NCBI GenBank assembly: GCA_000182565.2
Contig: KQ257454.1
Direction: 5' to 3' (one strand)
Length of the DNA stretch: 64,000 nucleotides
Origin: Spizellomyces punctatus DAOM BR117
Lineage: Eukaryota
Below are positions 1 to 10,583 of the stretch, in pieces (within the stretch, counting starts at the first letter, position 1; every line of letters begins with the position of its first letter). The notes beneath the pieces are model-generated. The model was not told the DNA's origin, did no database searches, and saw nothing but the letters and a program-made list of their open reading frames with translations. Position numbers and translations under genes: made by a program.

Positions 1-672
1 GGGGTTCTAATGGTTCAGAACTTTCAGGCCAGGGATGGGCATTTATACCAGACTGAATATAGTAGACATGGGTTGACTTATACTTTTACCTGCAGGACGG
101 ATCAAGGGACCAGAAATGTCGGTATTGCAGCCGGTTGACTTTGACCAAACTGTTAATAAAAAAGAGGGTTCGTTTACTGACTGGGGTAACGTTGTGTAAT
201 ATCGCATAAAGTCTAACTCAATTATTTTTGTAGCAATCGTATCAGCGATCTTTGGAACTAGAGCCTCGCTCGGTTTCGACATCGCCGGGGCCCTCATCCA
301 AGTAAATGTAGCGTGAGCAGAATTATTTGCAAATGAGAACATGTAAAATATTTAGTTTAGTTAGTGTAGTGTATGTAGTTTATATTGTGTACCTATTGAA
401 GGGGTGTCGATGTGTACCATGGTGGCTTAGTCACGAGGTTGGATGCTGTAAGCCCAGGGTTCGGGAAGGAGTTGGTTAGGGTCACTTGGTGCCCCAAAAT
501 AGCGCTTATTCACCTCTTTAAAATCCAATGTTCTAAGCATGACTTGTATGATCGTTCCATGATATGATAAAGGGATTACCTTTGACATTCACTGTTGATG
601 CTTAACTGCAACTCGCGAGGCCAAATCTAATCGGAACTTTGGTAGGCCAGATCGAGGTCACTAGTTCTCGAC

Positions 673-2901
673 ATGCTCCAAAATGGTGTATCTCGTGGTA
701 GAGGTTCTCGACTACAACCAAACACAGGAAAAATTGGACAAGGGAATGTTGGAACAGTTAAACAACTAAACCGACAACGCCGCGCACCAGACAGGGGTAA
801 CGACCAGGAACTCACCGATGGGTCCCTCGCACAGCCCCACAAAAACTATAACAGGATAAGACAAGATCGTATGGGGCAATCGCTTGCACAACATTCTCTT
901 CAGACCTCTGCAAATCCCCGCGATGTAGATGCCCACACCTCCATTCAAGATCCTCGATCATCCGGTTCCGGGGTCCGTTCCCAAGCGGTTCAACGCCCAG
1001 GAAGACCAAATCTTCGTACGATGTCCCCTCGCCGCGACGCAGAACACAAAGTGGGTGAACAAGCAATGTCAAGGGTGCAACGAGAAAGCCAGCGTGGTGT
1101 ACTGCCAGCAACGACTGGCCTTCGTGGGGCCCCTCGACGGATGAGATCTGGTGGGCAGAGGGTAGTAGGTGGGTTTGTAAGGAAGGAGCCGGGCAATCGC
1201 GGTTTTGCGGATCGCAAATCCAGGGCTTTAACTTTGGCTGATACGGCATCTACTGGCTCTGGTAACCGTCGCAGAGGTGTAGCTAGTCCAGGTGCCGCAC
1301 TGGGTAACGAAATGAGCCAACGTTCGACAAGTCGAGATGGAAGTGGTGGAAAGAGAGTTGTTAATAGACGTATATCGAATAGCGAAAAGTCACCAGAGCG
1401 GCCAACTGGTGCACGACCAAGAAGCGTACGACGATGCTCTTTGATGGGATCAGATAGAGAGATGGCGGAATCTGCTTGTACGGCGGCATCGGTTTCACGC
1501 AAGGCCTCCATCGCGGCAGCGAGAAGTCGTCGAGATACTCGACGTGCTTCAGAGTTCCCCACGTCTTTACCAGGCAGCGCAACACGCCGTGCCAGTATTC
1601 GGCCGGCGGATAACAAAGATGTTGGTGGTGGGTGGAACAAGTTCATCTCCGAGAGAGCAAAGCCCGTTCCAACGTACACACCAAGTATTATGCATGACGC
1701 CAGCGCCCCAGCCGCTGAAGGCGATAAGCAAAAGAGACCGATCAGGAGGCGTGGGGTTCCAGTGCGAGGAAAAAGAGTACGTGCAGATCTGGTAAAGAAA
1801 ACAAAGGAAACCATTGAAAGCAAGACATCAAAACCATCCGAAATCAAGAGTGGAAAAGTAGCTACCGTAGACCAGGAAAGAGCTAGGCAATTGATTGCTT
1901 TATTGTCGGGGGCGACGTATGAGTTTGTGGGTACGACCGAGACCGCACGACCTAGCCAAGCATCCACGGAGTCGACCGAGAAAACCGAATGGCTCAAGGC
2001 TAATAGGAGAAAGTCGGCTGACAGGGGAGGAGGAGACCAGTCTTCTTCTGATAAATCCAAGCAGAAGATGGGCCAGGATTCTAGTCAAAAAAGACGGGGC
2101 TCGAAAGGAGGAGAACAGACCAAATCTGATAAAAGAGCTGGAGCAATCAAATCCGAGAGTGGCCATAAAAAACCAGCAAAAGAGGGAGGGCAGGACGGCA
2201 AGACAGTCAAACCAACCAAACCCCGCAAAGAAAAGGCACATGCATCAGATGCGGCAGGATCAGACCAGACTTCACAAAAGCTTTCCACTCCTCTTATTCT
2301 CCCTCCATTAGTCCTAGGAGATGAGAGCCAACGCAGCACAGTTTTCAAAAATCGGCCCGTAACGGCCATCACGGAAGAAGAGGAAGAAGCCGAGATTGCC
2401 GCACTACTAGCTCAAGCCAAGGAACTCCAGTTGGCCAAACAGCTTCTGGAACCTAATACCACCCTTCCGATTGATTCATCCATTAGTGCCCCACCCATTT
2501 TCCGTATGCCGTTCCAAACGTGGGGTATAAGAAGACCGCAGCATCTTCCTTCATCACGTCCACCACCCCTGCATCAGCAGCCAAAGTACACATACAAGAC
2601 GTACATGGATAACCTAATGCATCCAAATATACTCTTACCCCCTTTCCAGATGCCACCCATTAAGCAGATTTTGTATGGTCCGTATGAAGAGCAGCTTTGG
2701 CGGCTGTTTTATGGACAGGCTGGTTGGATTTCTTTGGAAGAGCTGCGTCAGATGAGGTATGTGTGTCCAAGTGTACTTTGGTTTGGTTTTGTGTTTGCTG
2801 GGGAGCTGATGATCTCCCCTCCATCTGTTAGCGATGCAAGGGGGATCTTGCTTCCGATGCCTTTGGCATGTCCGGTTGTACCAGTCACCGACGGAGGTTA
2901 G
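673..2901 (+). CDS. Hypothetical low-complexity, basic (R/K/S-rich) protein
   Basis: 742-aa ORF with no recognisable domain. A possible in-frame GT..AG intron lies at ~2757-2831. Confidence 0.5.
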   Translation: MLQNGVSRGRGSRLQPNTGKIGQGNVGTVKQLNRQRRAPDRGNDQELTDGSLAQPHKNYNRIRQDRMGQSLAQHSLQTSANPRDVDAHTSIQDPRSSGSGVRSQAVQRPGRPNLRTMSPRRDAEHKVGEQAMSRVQRESQRGVLPATTGLRGAPRRMRSGGQRVVGGFVRKEPGNRGFADRKSRALTLADTASTGSGNRRRGVASPGAALGNEMSQRSTSRDGSGGKRVVNRRISNSEKSPERPTGARPRSVRRCSLMGSDREMAESACTAASVSRKASIAAARSRRDTRRASEFPTSLPGSATRRASIRPADNKDVGGGWNKFISERAKPVPTYTPSIMHDASAPAAEGDKQKRPIRRRGVPVRGKRVRADLVKKTKETIESKTSKPSEIKSGKVATVDQERARQLIALLSGATYEFVGTTETARPSQASTESTEKTEWLKANRRKSADRGGGDQSSSDKSKQKMGQDSSQKRRGSKGGEQTKSDKRAGAIKSESGHKKPAKEGGQDGKTVKPTKPRKEKAHASDAAGSDQTSQKLSTPLILPPLVLGDESQRSTVFKNRPVTAITEEEEEAEIAALLAQAKELQLAKQLLEPNTTLPIDSSISAPPIFRMPFQTWGIRRPQHLPSSRPPPLHQQPKYTYKTYMDNLMHPNILLPPFQMPPIKQILYGPYEEQLWRLFYGQAGWISLEELRQMRYVCPSVLWFGFVFAGELMISPPSVSDARGILLPMPLACPVVPVTDGG

Positions 2902-3459
2902 AGATATTTTGAAAGATCCCCGGTCATCATACTAGAGTCGCAATAGTTAGGAAAGGATGTATATAGCATATATAGACAAGCTCATGTCTAGATCTCCTAA
3001 AATACAGCGACTAGTATTTTCCGCACGGAATCCCTTTCACATGCTTTTTGAAATCTCTACGTTGTCCGCATATGATCTCCCGCAACTATGATTTTGCTTA
3101 CGGATTAACTAGTCGATGCCGATGATTGCTGCATTGCCTTCAGTACAATCGCCTATTGATCGTTGGGGGCACTCATAGCACATTTAGACTGGTGCCAAAA
3201 GAGATTCCTAAGCAGGGCAAATCAGATCGTGCCTGGGCAAAGGAACTGAAATAATTTGGATCTAAAAAGCGCAAGTCTGGGAATCAAAATAGTTGGTTTG
3301 GTACTGAGACCGGTGTAAAGCCACGCAATAAGTAACAATCCCATCCACTCCAGTGCTGGCCGTCACAAGCTCACAAAGGATTTCAAAAGACAACTATATC
3401 CCAACCAAACAAATCTATTACCTATCAACGCCAGTAATTCACATAAACACGACACAATT

Positions 3460-5411
3460 TCACTCTATAGCAGTCCAATCCGTCCTCTGCTTCCCTCTCC
3501 TCTTATTCTTTTTATCATGCATTTTTTTCGCTTTACCCATGACTTGGGGTTCGGCTCCTTGATGAGGGTACACCTTGACCCGATTGAAATCGGCGGAAGC
3601 GTATTTTCCCATTGAACCTGCTCGTACGGTTTGTTTTTGGGGTGCAAAAAAAGCAGCGTCCAGTAGTGAAGAGTTTGGAGTGCTAAGTGAGGTTGCTGGT
3701 GACTTGCCCTTGGCGTCAGATGGTGGTGTGGATTCGGGTTTGCGCTTTGCAAAGCGCTTGTTTTTGTACATGGGTGCATTGAAGGTGTCGGGGTTGATGT
3801 TGGGTGGTGGGTGGGCGTAGAGGATTTTTCCGTTGACATAATCTTTGAGAATGTAACGGGCTGCACGGGCTTCGTCGGGATTTCCTTGACTGCTTTTTGT
3901 AAAACCTCTTGCTACGGCGTAAGCAACAAGAAGCTCCGTTCCTGTTGGCTGTCGATCTTCATCGACGCCTTCTGCATTGCGTGTGCGAATTTTGATTCCG
4001 TAGACGTTTTCAAGGACCCATTTGGGGACGCGTTGTGCAACCAGTGAGCTGGGGCCTGTGAATTCACGGAGTTGGTCAATGGGCAGAATGCCGTTGACCA
4101 CTAGATCGGCTTTGGTGGTTGCAAACGAGGGGAATACAAGACCGGGACAATCACAGAGGATCATGCTTTCAGAAAGATGAATTGTCTGAAAATGCTTGGT
4201 CTTGCCAGGTGTGGAGGAGACAGTGACACGTTTGGCGCCCACTAAGGCGTTCAGGGTAGAGGACTTTCCGACGTTGGGATAACCAACAAAACCAATGGTG
4301 GTTTTTTGTCCACCAGATTCCACCTTGCGGAGCGGCTCGGGACATTCCGTTTCAAAGAGCTCGATGAGTTCATCGGCACCAATAATCCGCGCACGCTCTG
4401 GAACTTCGGCTTCCTCATCGACCTGTATCAATCCTGTAAAGGAGGGTCGTCGTTCCGATTCTTTCCGGGGTTGATCGACATCAGGTACACTTCCGTCCTC
4501 AATGTCGTCCTCCTCCTCATCGTCCTCGTCATCCTCCCGATCCACTTGCAGCTGCGCCAAGGCCTCTTCTGCTTTACGCTCTTCTTCTTCGGCCTCTAGT
4601 TTCTCTTTTGCCAAAGCAGCAGAAAAGAACATGTACCGAATACCCTCACGCTCAAAGTAATCCGCCCACTGCAGTCTCTGCTCGACCGTCAACATATCCG
4701 CCTTATTCACCAGCAACAAATTCTTTTTTCGGGGGTCCACTTCCTTGACGTATCGTTCCACATCGGTCGAACGAAACAGCAGTGGATTTCGGGAATCCAC
4801 AATCTGCACCACCAAATCGGATCGCTCAATCACTCTCCACAATTGTCTCCAAACTTCCAAGTTTCTTTCGTAAGGAGTCATGATCAGGCCCTTTTCTTCC
4901 TCCAATGTTGCCAGTCCTCGCCTCCAATCCAGAAACGAATCATTTTCTCGTCGCTTGAGTTCCTCAGGTGTCGTCGTTGTGTCCCACTCTGGTCGTCTCG
5001 GAACGGTCAACAAGTGTTTATGCTCCTGGTGCTGTTGAAGAGTTTCTTTTTCCTTTTCGGGAGTGAGGAGGAAAGGGTTTTGATAGACGTTGGATACAAC
5101 CGTGATGTTGAGTTTCTCCGCTGTGAATTCTGTGCCGGCGAGCTGGGCAGTATTGAGGAAGGCCTCAAGGTCGTTCTCTTGGGTGATGGATTGCATTTTC
5201 GTCCAGTTGGAAGTAGACTCGTCCACTTCTGTGGTGTGCTGAGACCACAAAATACACAAGGTCAAAAAAAACTCGCACTCTTTCGTTTTAACGTCAGAAG
5301 CTTGCTTACCCTAATAGACCCATCCGGATTCATTTTGGTATTTGCATTGAAGCGAGTGCGCATAAGCGCCTTTCCTAGGCCTGCCTTTTTCTTGCTTGTT
5401 GGTAGAGGCAT
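3460..5411 (-). CDS. LSG1: Large subunit GTPase 1 (60S biogenesis/export, circularly permuted GTPase)
   Basis: Motifs TPYERNLEVWRQLWRVIERSDLVVQIVDSRNP, NKAD, GYPNVGKSS, TPGKTKHFQT and DCPGL. Exon 1 MPLPTSKKKAGLGKAL starts at 5411; intron 5239-5309 (GTAAGC..CAG). Confidence 0.95.
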
Positions 5412-6176
5412 AGTGAAATCTCAACAGTAGGTAATGGAATCGTAAAAGCAAGCGGAAGCAATGCAAAGTGGTATGCCAGATGAGTAATCCAAAAAGAAAT
5501 ACAGTTGATTCGAACTGATTGGCATTGGATGGAATGGGATAAACACAGGCAAGTGTGAAAGTGTTTCTTGCAAACAATATGGCCACATGGAGGAACGCAA
5601 GCGGAGGCATCAGTCTCATAGAATATCTATGCTGCTTGATATCTCACATGAATGTATTGAACATCTTGCAAGTGACATTCGGCAATGAGCCAAGAAACGT
5701 TTACATTTCCTCGATAGATTCAGTCAACCCCTATTAGTGACCGATCATGCAATCCGCACTTTATTAGTACTGTCCCGCCAAAGGTCTCAGACAGCGACAC
5801 CCATCCTATACTTGTATGAATAGCTCTTGTGAATGAATAGTCGTGTCCTCCATCGCACATGAAAATCACTAGGCTATGGCCCATGCATATCTGACCTGCA
5901 AATAAACTCCAAACATCAAAACCTTCAACTTCACGCACGCAAACAAACGTTATCCAAAACACACAACTCTCTCCCTACGTCACCCTTACCTTCTCTCTCT
6001 CCACAAAAGCCGTTTCGTGGCCGCGACTTTCCGCTTGCCTCCATTCGTGGCGCCCACCTCAGCTGCGCAAATCACGTGCTTCTCTTGTCCGAAAAAAGCA
6101 AATGAAAAATGACACGGGCTATAAAATCGCCCCACAGTGGTTTCCTTCATCTCATCATCTTTGTTTTTTGAGCACC

Positions 6177-6763
6177 ATGAAGTACCTCCTCCCCCTCCTC
6201 ATCCTCCTTCCCACGACCCTCGCCCAATTCGCAACGGATTGTGGTCCATCCCTTCAAACAACATTCAATCAATGCGCGTCGAATTCGCTTACAGATGGGA
6301 ATGGCCAACCTGCTCCAGCAGGAAGTTCGGTCGAACAGGCATGTGCATCCGTGCAAGCCAATCAGGCGGCGTATTACTGCTGTTTGTGTAAAGGATTTAC
6401 CGGGATCCAAGGATGGTGAGTATTGTTTGGTTGTTGAGTTGGTGATACCGTAGCTGATTGAGAGTTATGTACAGTATTGCGAATTACTGCCCGCAATCGG
6501 CCTCAGCACCTTCGATTGGTCAGTCTGTTGCGCAATTTTGTGGTGCGTGTCAACCTGCCAGCTCTAGTACGGTCTCGCGGGTCAGTGCGAGCAATGTTCC
6601 CTTCCCTACGTTGAGTGGGGGATTGCCCTCTGCGAGTGCTACCCCTTCTGCTACGCCTGCCCCGACAGCTGGGACGCAGGCCAAGGGAGCCGCTGCGGGA
6701 TTGGGTGTTCAGTGGGGGATTGCCGTGATGGGTGTTGTTGGTGGAGCTGTTGCGTTGGTGTAA
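6177..6763 (+). CDS. Small Cys-rich secreted, probably GPI-anchored protein
   Basis: Signal peptide MKYLLPLLILLPTTLA, Cys-rich domain, S/T/P-rich stalk and hydrophobic C-terminus. Intron 6416-6474 (GTGAGT..CAG). Confidence 0.8.
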
Positions 6764-6888
6764 GTGAGCTTTGGCACAAGCAACAAATTATTGAACTTGG
6801 GCGTGCGCCCTAAAGTGGTGAATGTGGGGACCATATAAGGTCGTGTACTTAGGTGTTAAAAGCCCTGTATCTGAAGAAATGTGAAATA

Positions 6889-6921
6889 TAGTGCGGAGCC
6901 GATGGGTATTGGCACTAGTAC
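6889..6921 (+). repeat. Left terminal inverted repeat of the Fanzor element
   Basis: 30 bp perfect, or 33 bp with one mismatch, against 9002-9034. Confidence 0.95.
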
Positions 6922-7061
6922 ATAGATTCCAACCAATTTAATCATAATTTTACTCGATTTAGACTCATGAACTATGGTTTGTTTGATCCAAAAATCCTAT
7001 GTAAGTTGTCGTCGCCCATTTTCCCAGGCTTTCATCTTTTTCGACAGATACAGATATCATC

Positions 7062-8941
7062 ATGCCGCCAAAGAAAAAGCAAAAGCTTGAAAAACCTACT
7101 TGCTTACATACCTGTAACAAGACTTCCTTTGCAAAAGCTTTCCTGCCAAACTACCACCAACGGCTTCTAGATTACATCGCCATCATCCATCAACTCGCCG
7201 ACCACGCTTCCCACGCGCTGAAATTCTACATCCTATCTGCACCATCCTTCACCGTGAACGAGGAGACCATCGAAGCGATTCTCTATCTTCTCAACAAGGG
7301 GGAGGCTTGGCATCCAAGAAAGGAAGCAAAGAAGGCATGGCGGGATTGTTTGCTGCCATATGTTCAACGGTACTGCCAAATCGTCGGCTTCGTTCATCCA
7401 AATCTACGAGGCGAGCAGCAATCAGTCAATTACCTGACAGCGAGTATGATGACGAACCTGAAAGTCAACATTCAAGAGCATTGCATGACGATGCTGCTCC
7501 GATATATCAATCTGCGGCTTGACGTGAAGGGACGGAAAGGGCAACTGCCACCGAAAAGCGATGCGCGAAAAGCTTTCTTTACTCGGCTACGCTATTTAAA
7601 GTCAGTTTTTCTTTTTGATATCGTGCCCGAGTCGCTGGATGACTTGACCGCTGAAGAGAGTGAGCTTCTAGAAGAGATCTGGACACTTAACCTGCCATTT
7701 CCTGATCAAGACAAGCCGCTTGCCTACCTCATTGCCATTGACGCAATGTCCTTCTTTCCTGCATACTGTCGGTTGTCAAGCCTATATGAAAAGCATGGAT
7801 TTCGACGGTTCAGTGCGATACCTCTGCGCCGCTCGCTCATCCAAAGCAACATTCGCATCGACTCTAAAATCCTGTACCAGCATATCCTTTGCATCACGCA
7901 GCGAGAAGCAGAAGCCGTAGAGAAGGTCGATTTATGGTTGCGCGTCTGTAATCTACGTACCAAAGCTTTTCGGTCTCGCTGTGGTATGCATTTTGAAGGC
8001 TCGATCACGACGGACGGAACCTCGGTGTCTGTATACCTAAAGCACCCAGAAGCTGACAAGTATGGAAAGCGCAGTGGTGGGAAAAAGTCAGCAAACATGA
8101 TGGAGGCAGAGGTTAAAGTGCAATACGTGGAGAAAAACTTACCTGCTTGTCGGGCAGCAGAAAACATTGTTGTCATTGACCCAAACAAGCGCGATATTCT
8201 CTACTGCCAAGACAGCAATGGTACGACGTTCCGTTACACTGCCAACCAGCGAGCCATGGAGACAGGTAGCCGGCGATTTGCAAAGAGACGGGAAGCAATG
8301 AAGAAAAAAGCGGGAATTGACCTCATAGAATCACGAATACCATCTCACAAGACGATGAATCTCATGGACTTCACTCGCTACCTTCTCGTTCGCCGCGCTG
8401 ATTGGGATCGTCGCAAGTACTTCTATTCGCATCCTGCCCACACGCGGTGGAAGTGGCATGCATTTATAAACCGTCAGAAGAGTGAATCGAACCTCATATC
8501 CAACTTGCGCAACAAGTACGGTGAAAACTTTACCATTGTGATGGGAGATTGGAGCGATGCCGGTCAAACTGCAAGATTTCAGACCTCATCAAAGACGAAA
8601 GGTTGGCGCACCCTCTTTACAACCGCATTGATTGTTTTCTTCTTGATGAACACAAGACCTCATCTGTTTGCCCTCGCTGTTCATCCTCTGAGTTTGTTGA
8701 GAAAGGCTTCAAAGAACGACCTCATTCAAGACCTTGGCGGCGACATGAAGGCAAGGTTGAAAAAGTCCATGGATTGCTGGGTTGTACCAACCCTAACTGT
8801 TTGCAGCAAGCCTGGATGATGCGCTACTGGAATCGAGATACACTGTCAACCTGCAATATGCTAACGATCGTGCCATCAATGTTGGATGGGCACTGTAGAC
8901 CAGAGGTGTTCAGCAGGAGGAGTGTTCCAGCCGTAGCGTAG
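7062..8941 (+). pseudogene. Fz1: Fanzor1 RNA-guided endonuclease (SpuFz1-like), frameshifted at ~8619-8620
   Basis: ORF 7062-8819 has NLS-like MPPKKKQK, TDGTSVSV, RuvC-I VVIDPNKRD and VMGDWS. After GWRTLF the protein continues in the frame of ORF 8549-8941 with NRIDCFLLDE (catalytic E), CPRC..CTNPNC (zinc finger) and WNRD (RuvC-III), ending at TAG 8939-8941. Intronless. Confidence 0.93.
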
Positions 8942-8960
8942 CATAGATTAGTTAGATTAG

Positions 8961-9049
8961 CTTTTCCGAACTGGTTGTCGCCGGTTCAATCCCTGGTGCG
9001 GGTGCTAGTGCCAATACCCATCGGCTCCGCACTAAATAGTAATATCAAG
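8961..9049 (+). ncRNA. Putative Fanzor omegaRNA (scaffold ~8961-9034 plus ~15-nt guide from 9035)
   Basis: Lies between the ORF stop and the element end. Stem GAACTGG(8968-74)/CCGGTTC(8981-87) and stem TGGTGCGG(8994-9001)/CCGCACTA(9027-34). Position and sequence resemble the SpuFz1 omegaRNA as I recall it. Ends are approximate. Confidence 0.8.
9002..9034 (+). repeat. Right terminal inverted repeat of the Fanzor element
   Basis: GTGCTAGTGCCAATACCCATCGGCTCCGCACTA, the reverse complement of the left TIR. Confidence 0.95.
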
Positions 9050-9175
9050 AATGTTATGTTACAACCGTCCCATCGCCTGCTGCGCACCAATGCGTGTATG
9101 TCATCCTTTGTTGCCATAGCACCAGCCTACCCAGATCCGCCCCTCACCGACGGTTGCCTGCATTCGCCTTGTGCG

Positions 9176-10457
9176 ATGCCTGTCCCTCCCCGACTGTCCC
9201 TTCTCCTCCAGTCCCCTGTGCGATGGAAGAGACATGCGAGTACTTTTGCCCAGACGATAGGAACAACAGCAACAACATCATGCAACACCTCAAAACGAAG
9301 AGCCTGGATTGTAACCGCCGGAAAGCCAGGAAACGATCGCCAAGCCATAGCACTAGCAAAAGGGCTAGGATGTACCATTGAAATGAAACACATTGTTCCA
9401 CATTCCAGTAAGAACACACATATACATCATCTACTACACAAAACAATTTCTAAAAGACATGTGTAGGCATCAAATGGCTTTTTCCAGTCTTTCAAAAACA
9501 TTTCCTCGATTACCGGTCCCAAACCTTTGGTCCCCACAGCGCACCCACCGATCTCCCCTTTTACCTCACCTCTCCAAAGCATGATACACTTGCTCCACCC
9601 TACCCAGATCTAATCCTAAGTACCTGCGCCGAAACAACCCTCGCATCACTACATTTAAAAAAAACGACTCAAACACCGGCAGTCCATATTGGACTCCCGT
9701 TTGTCAGTGTTGAGGAATTTAATGTTGTTGTTGTGTGGAAGTATGCGTGGCCTGTTTTGGGGATGAGGCGGGATGAGAGGGTTGTTGGTGTTGATGTGCT
9801 TTTGGGAGAGGTTTTGGAGGGTGAGGAGAGCGAAGAGTGTGTTTTGGGGGTTTTGGTTTCGGGGGTTCGGGGACGGGAGTTTGGGTGGGGGGTTGAGGAT
9901 GGGTCGAGGTTTGTTAGGAGGTTGGAGGTAAGGTTGCTTTGTGATGTTTTGGATTGGATTGGGTTTATTGATTGATGGTTCTTTTTTGTTTGTAGAGGCT
10001 TTTACGACATGCGAATCCACCCCGTATTCTTCTTGTGACTTGTCAATCGACACCACAAGCACTCGTACAAACCCTCCAGAAATGGTACACCTCCCTCCCA
10101 CCGTCCAAAGCCTCGCAAATCACTCTCCTCCCATCAACAAAACACGACCACGTTTTACGGCATGCGACGCACTTTGCCGTATTCGGAGATGACGTTGCGA
10201 CACTATCGGAATGCCTTGGGTACAAGAAACCCGTGTATGTGATTGGGATGCAGAATTGTCGGGGGGCTTTACGGAGGTTTTATGGGGATTTAGTAGCCAA
10301 GGCTCGGGTACGAGTTTTTGTTCCTGCTGCACATGCTGGGGATGGGGATGTGTTTAGTGATGTTGGGGAGCATCCAGAGTGGAGGTTTGAGGGGGGGTGT
10401 TTGGAGGGGGTTGTTGCGGAGGTTGGGAGGAGGTTGTGGGGGGATGGGTGGAGATGA
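9176..10457 (+). CDS. Mitochondrial fission ELM1-like protein (multi-exon)
   Basis: N-terminal RAWIVTAGKPGNDRQAIALAKGLG and C-terminal HFAVFGDDVATLSECLGYKKPVYV resemble the ELM1 family motifs DGxxGxxxQ and TxDSVSMLSEA..GKPVYV. The N-terminus is basic and presequence-like. Donor sites near 9407 and 9928. Confidence 0.7.
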
Positions 10458-10583
10458 TTTATTGTATGGTGTGTGTTGTTAATTTATTGTGGGAAAACAT
10501 ACAATAAATATTGGAAAAGATAGATGTAGAGAAATGCGAGTCTGTTCTATACACTCCCATAAACTTTGTAAACGACTTTTTGT

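Larger units (their letters stand above)
6889..9034 (+). mobile_element. Fanzor1-carrying non-autonomous TIR element (SPu-1-like)
   Basis: TAGTGCGGAGCCGATGGGTATTGGCACTAG (6889-6918) is the exact reverse complement of 9005-9034. TA lies at both ends (probable TSD). The element encloses only a TnpB-like ORF and no transposase. Confidence 0.95.

Noticed and set aside
43-420. Small minus-strand gene
   Set aside because: A possible ATG at 420 with an intron, but no recognisable product and insufficient support.
990-2060. 356-aa minus-strand ORF
   Set aside because: Antisense to the longer 673-2901 ORF, with no recognisable domain.
3011-3034. Helitron 3' end on the minus strand (TTCCG-TG-CGGAA then CTAG)
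   Set aside because: The stem is only 5 bp and too close to CTAG, with no 5' end or Rep/helicase sequence.
8549-8941. Separate 130-aa gene
   Set aside because: It is the frameshifted C-terminus of the Fanzor ORF. Its first ~24 codons are out-of-frame sequence.
6889-9034. Autonomous transposon or bacterial IS200/605 contamination
   Set aside because: No transposase (TnpA or DDE) ORF is present. The element has TIRs, an NLS-like start, and spliced fungal genes on both sides.
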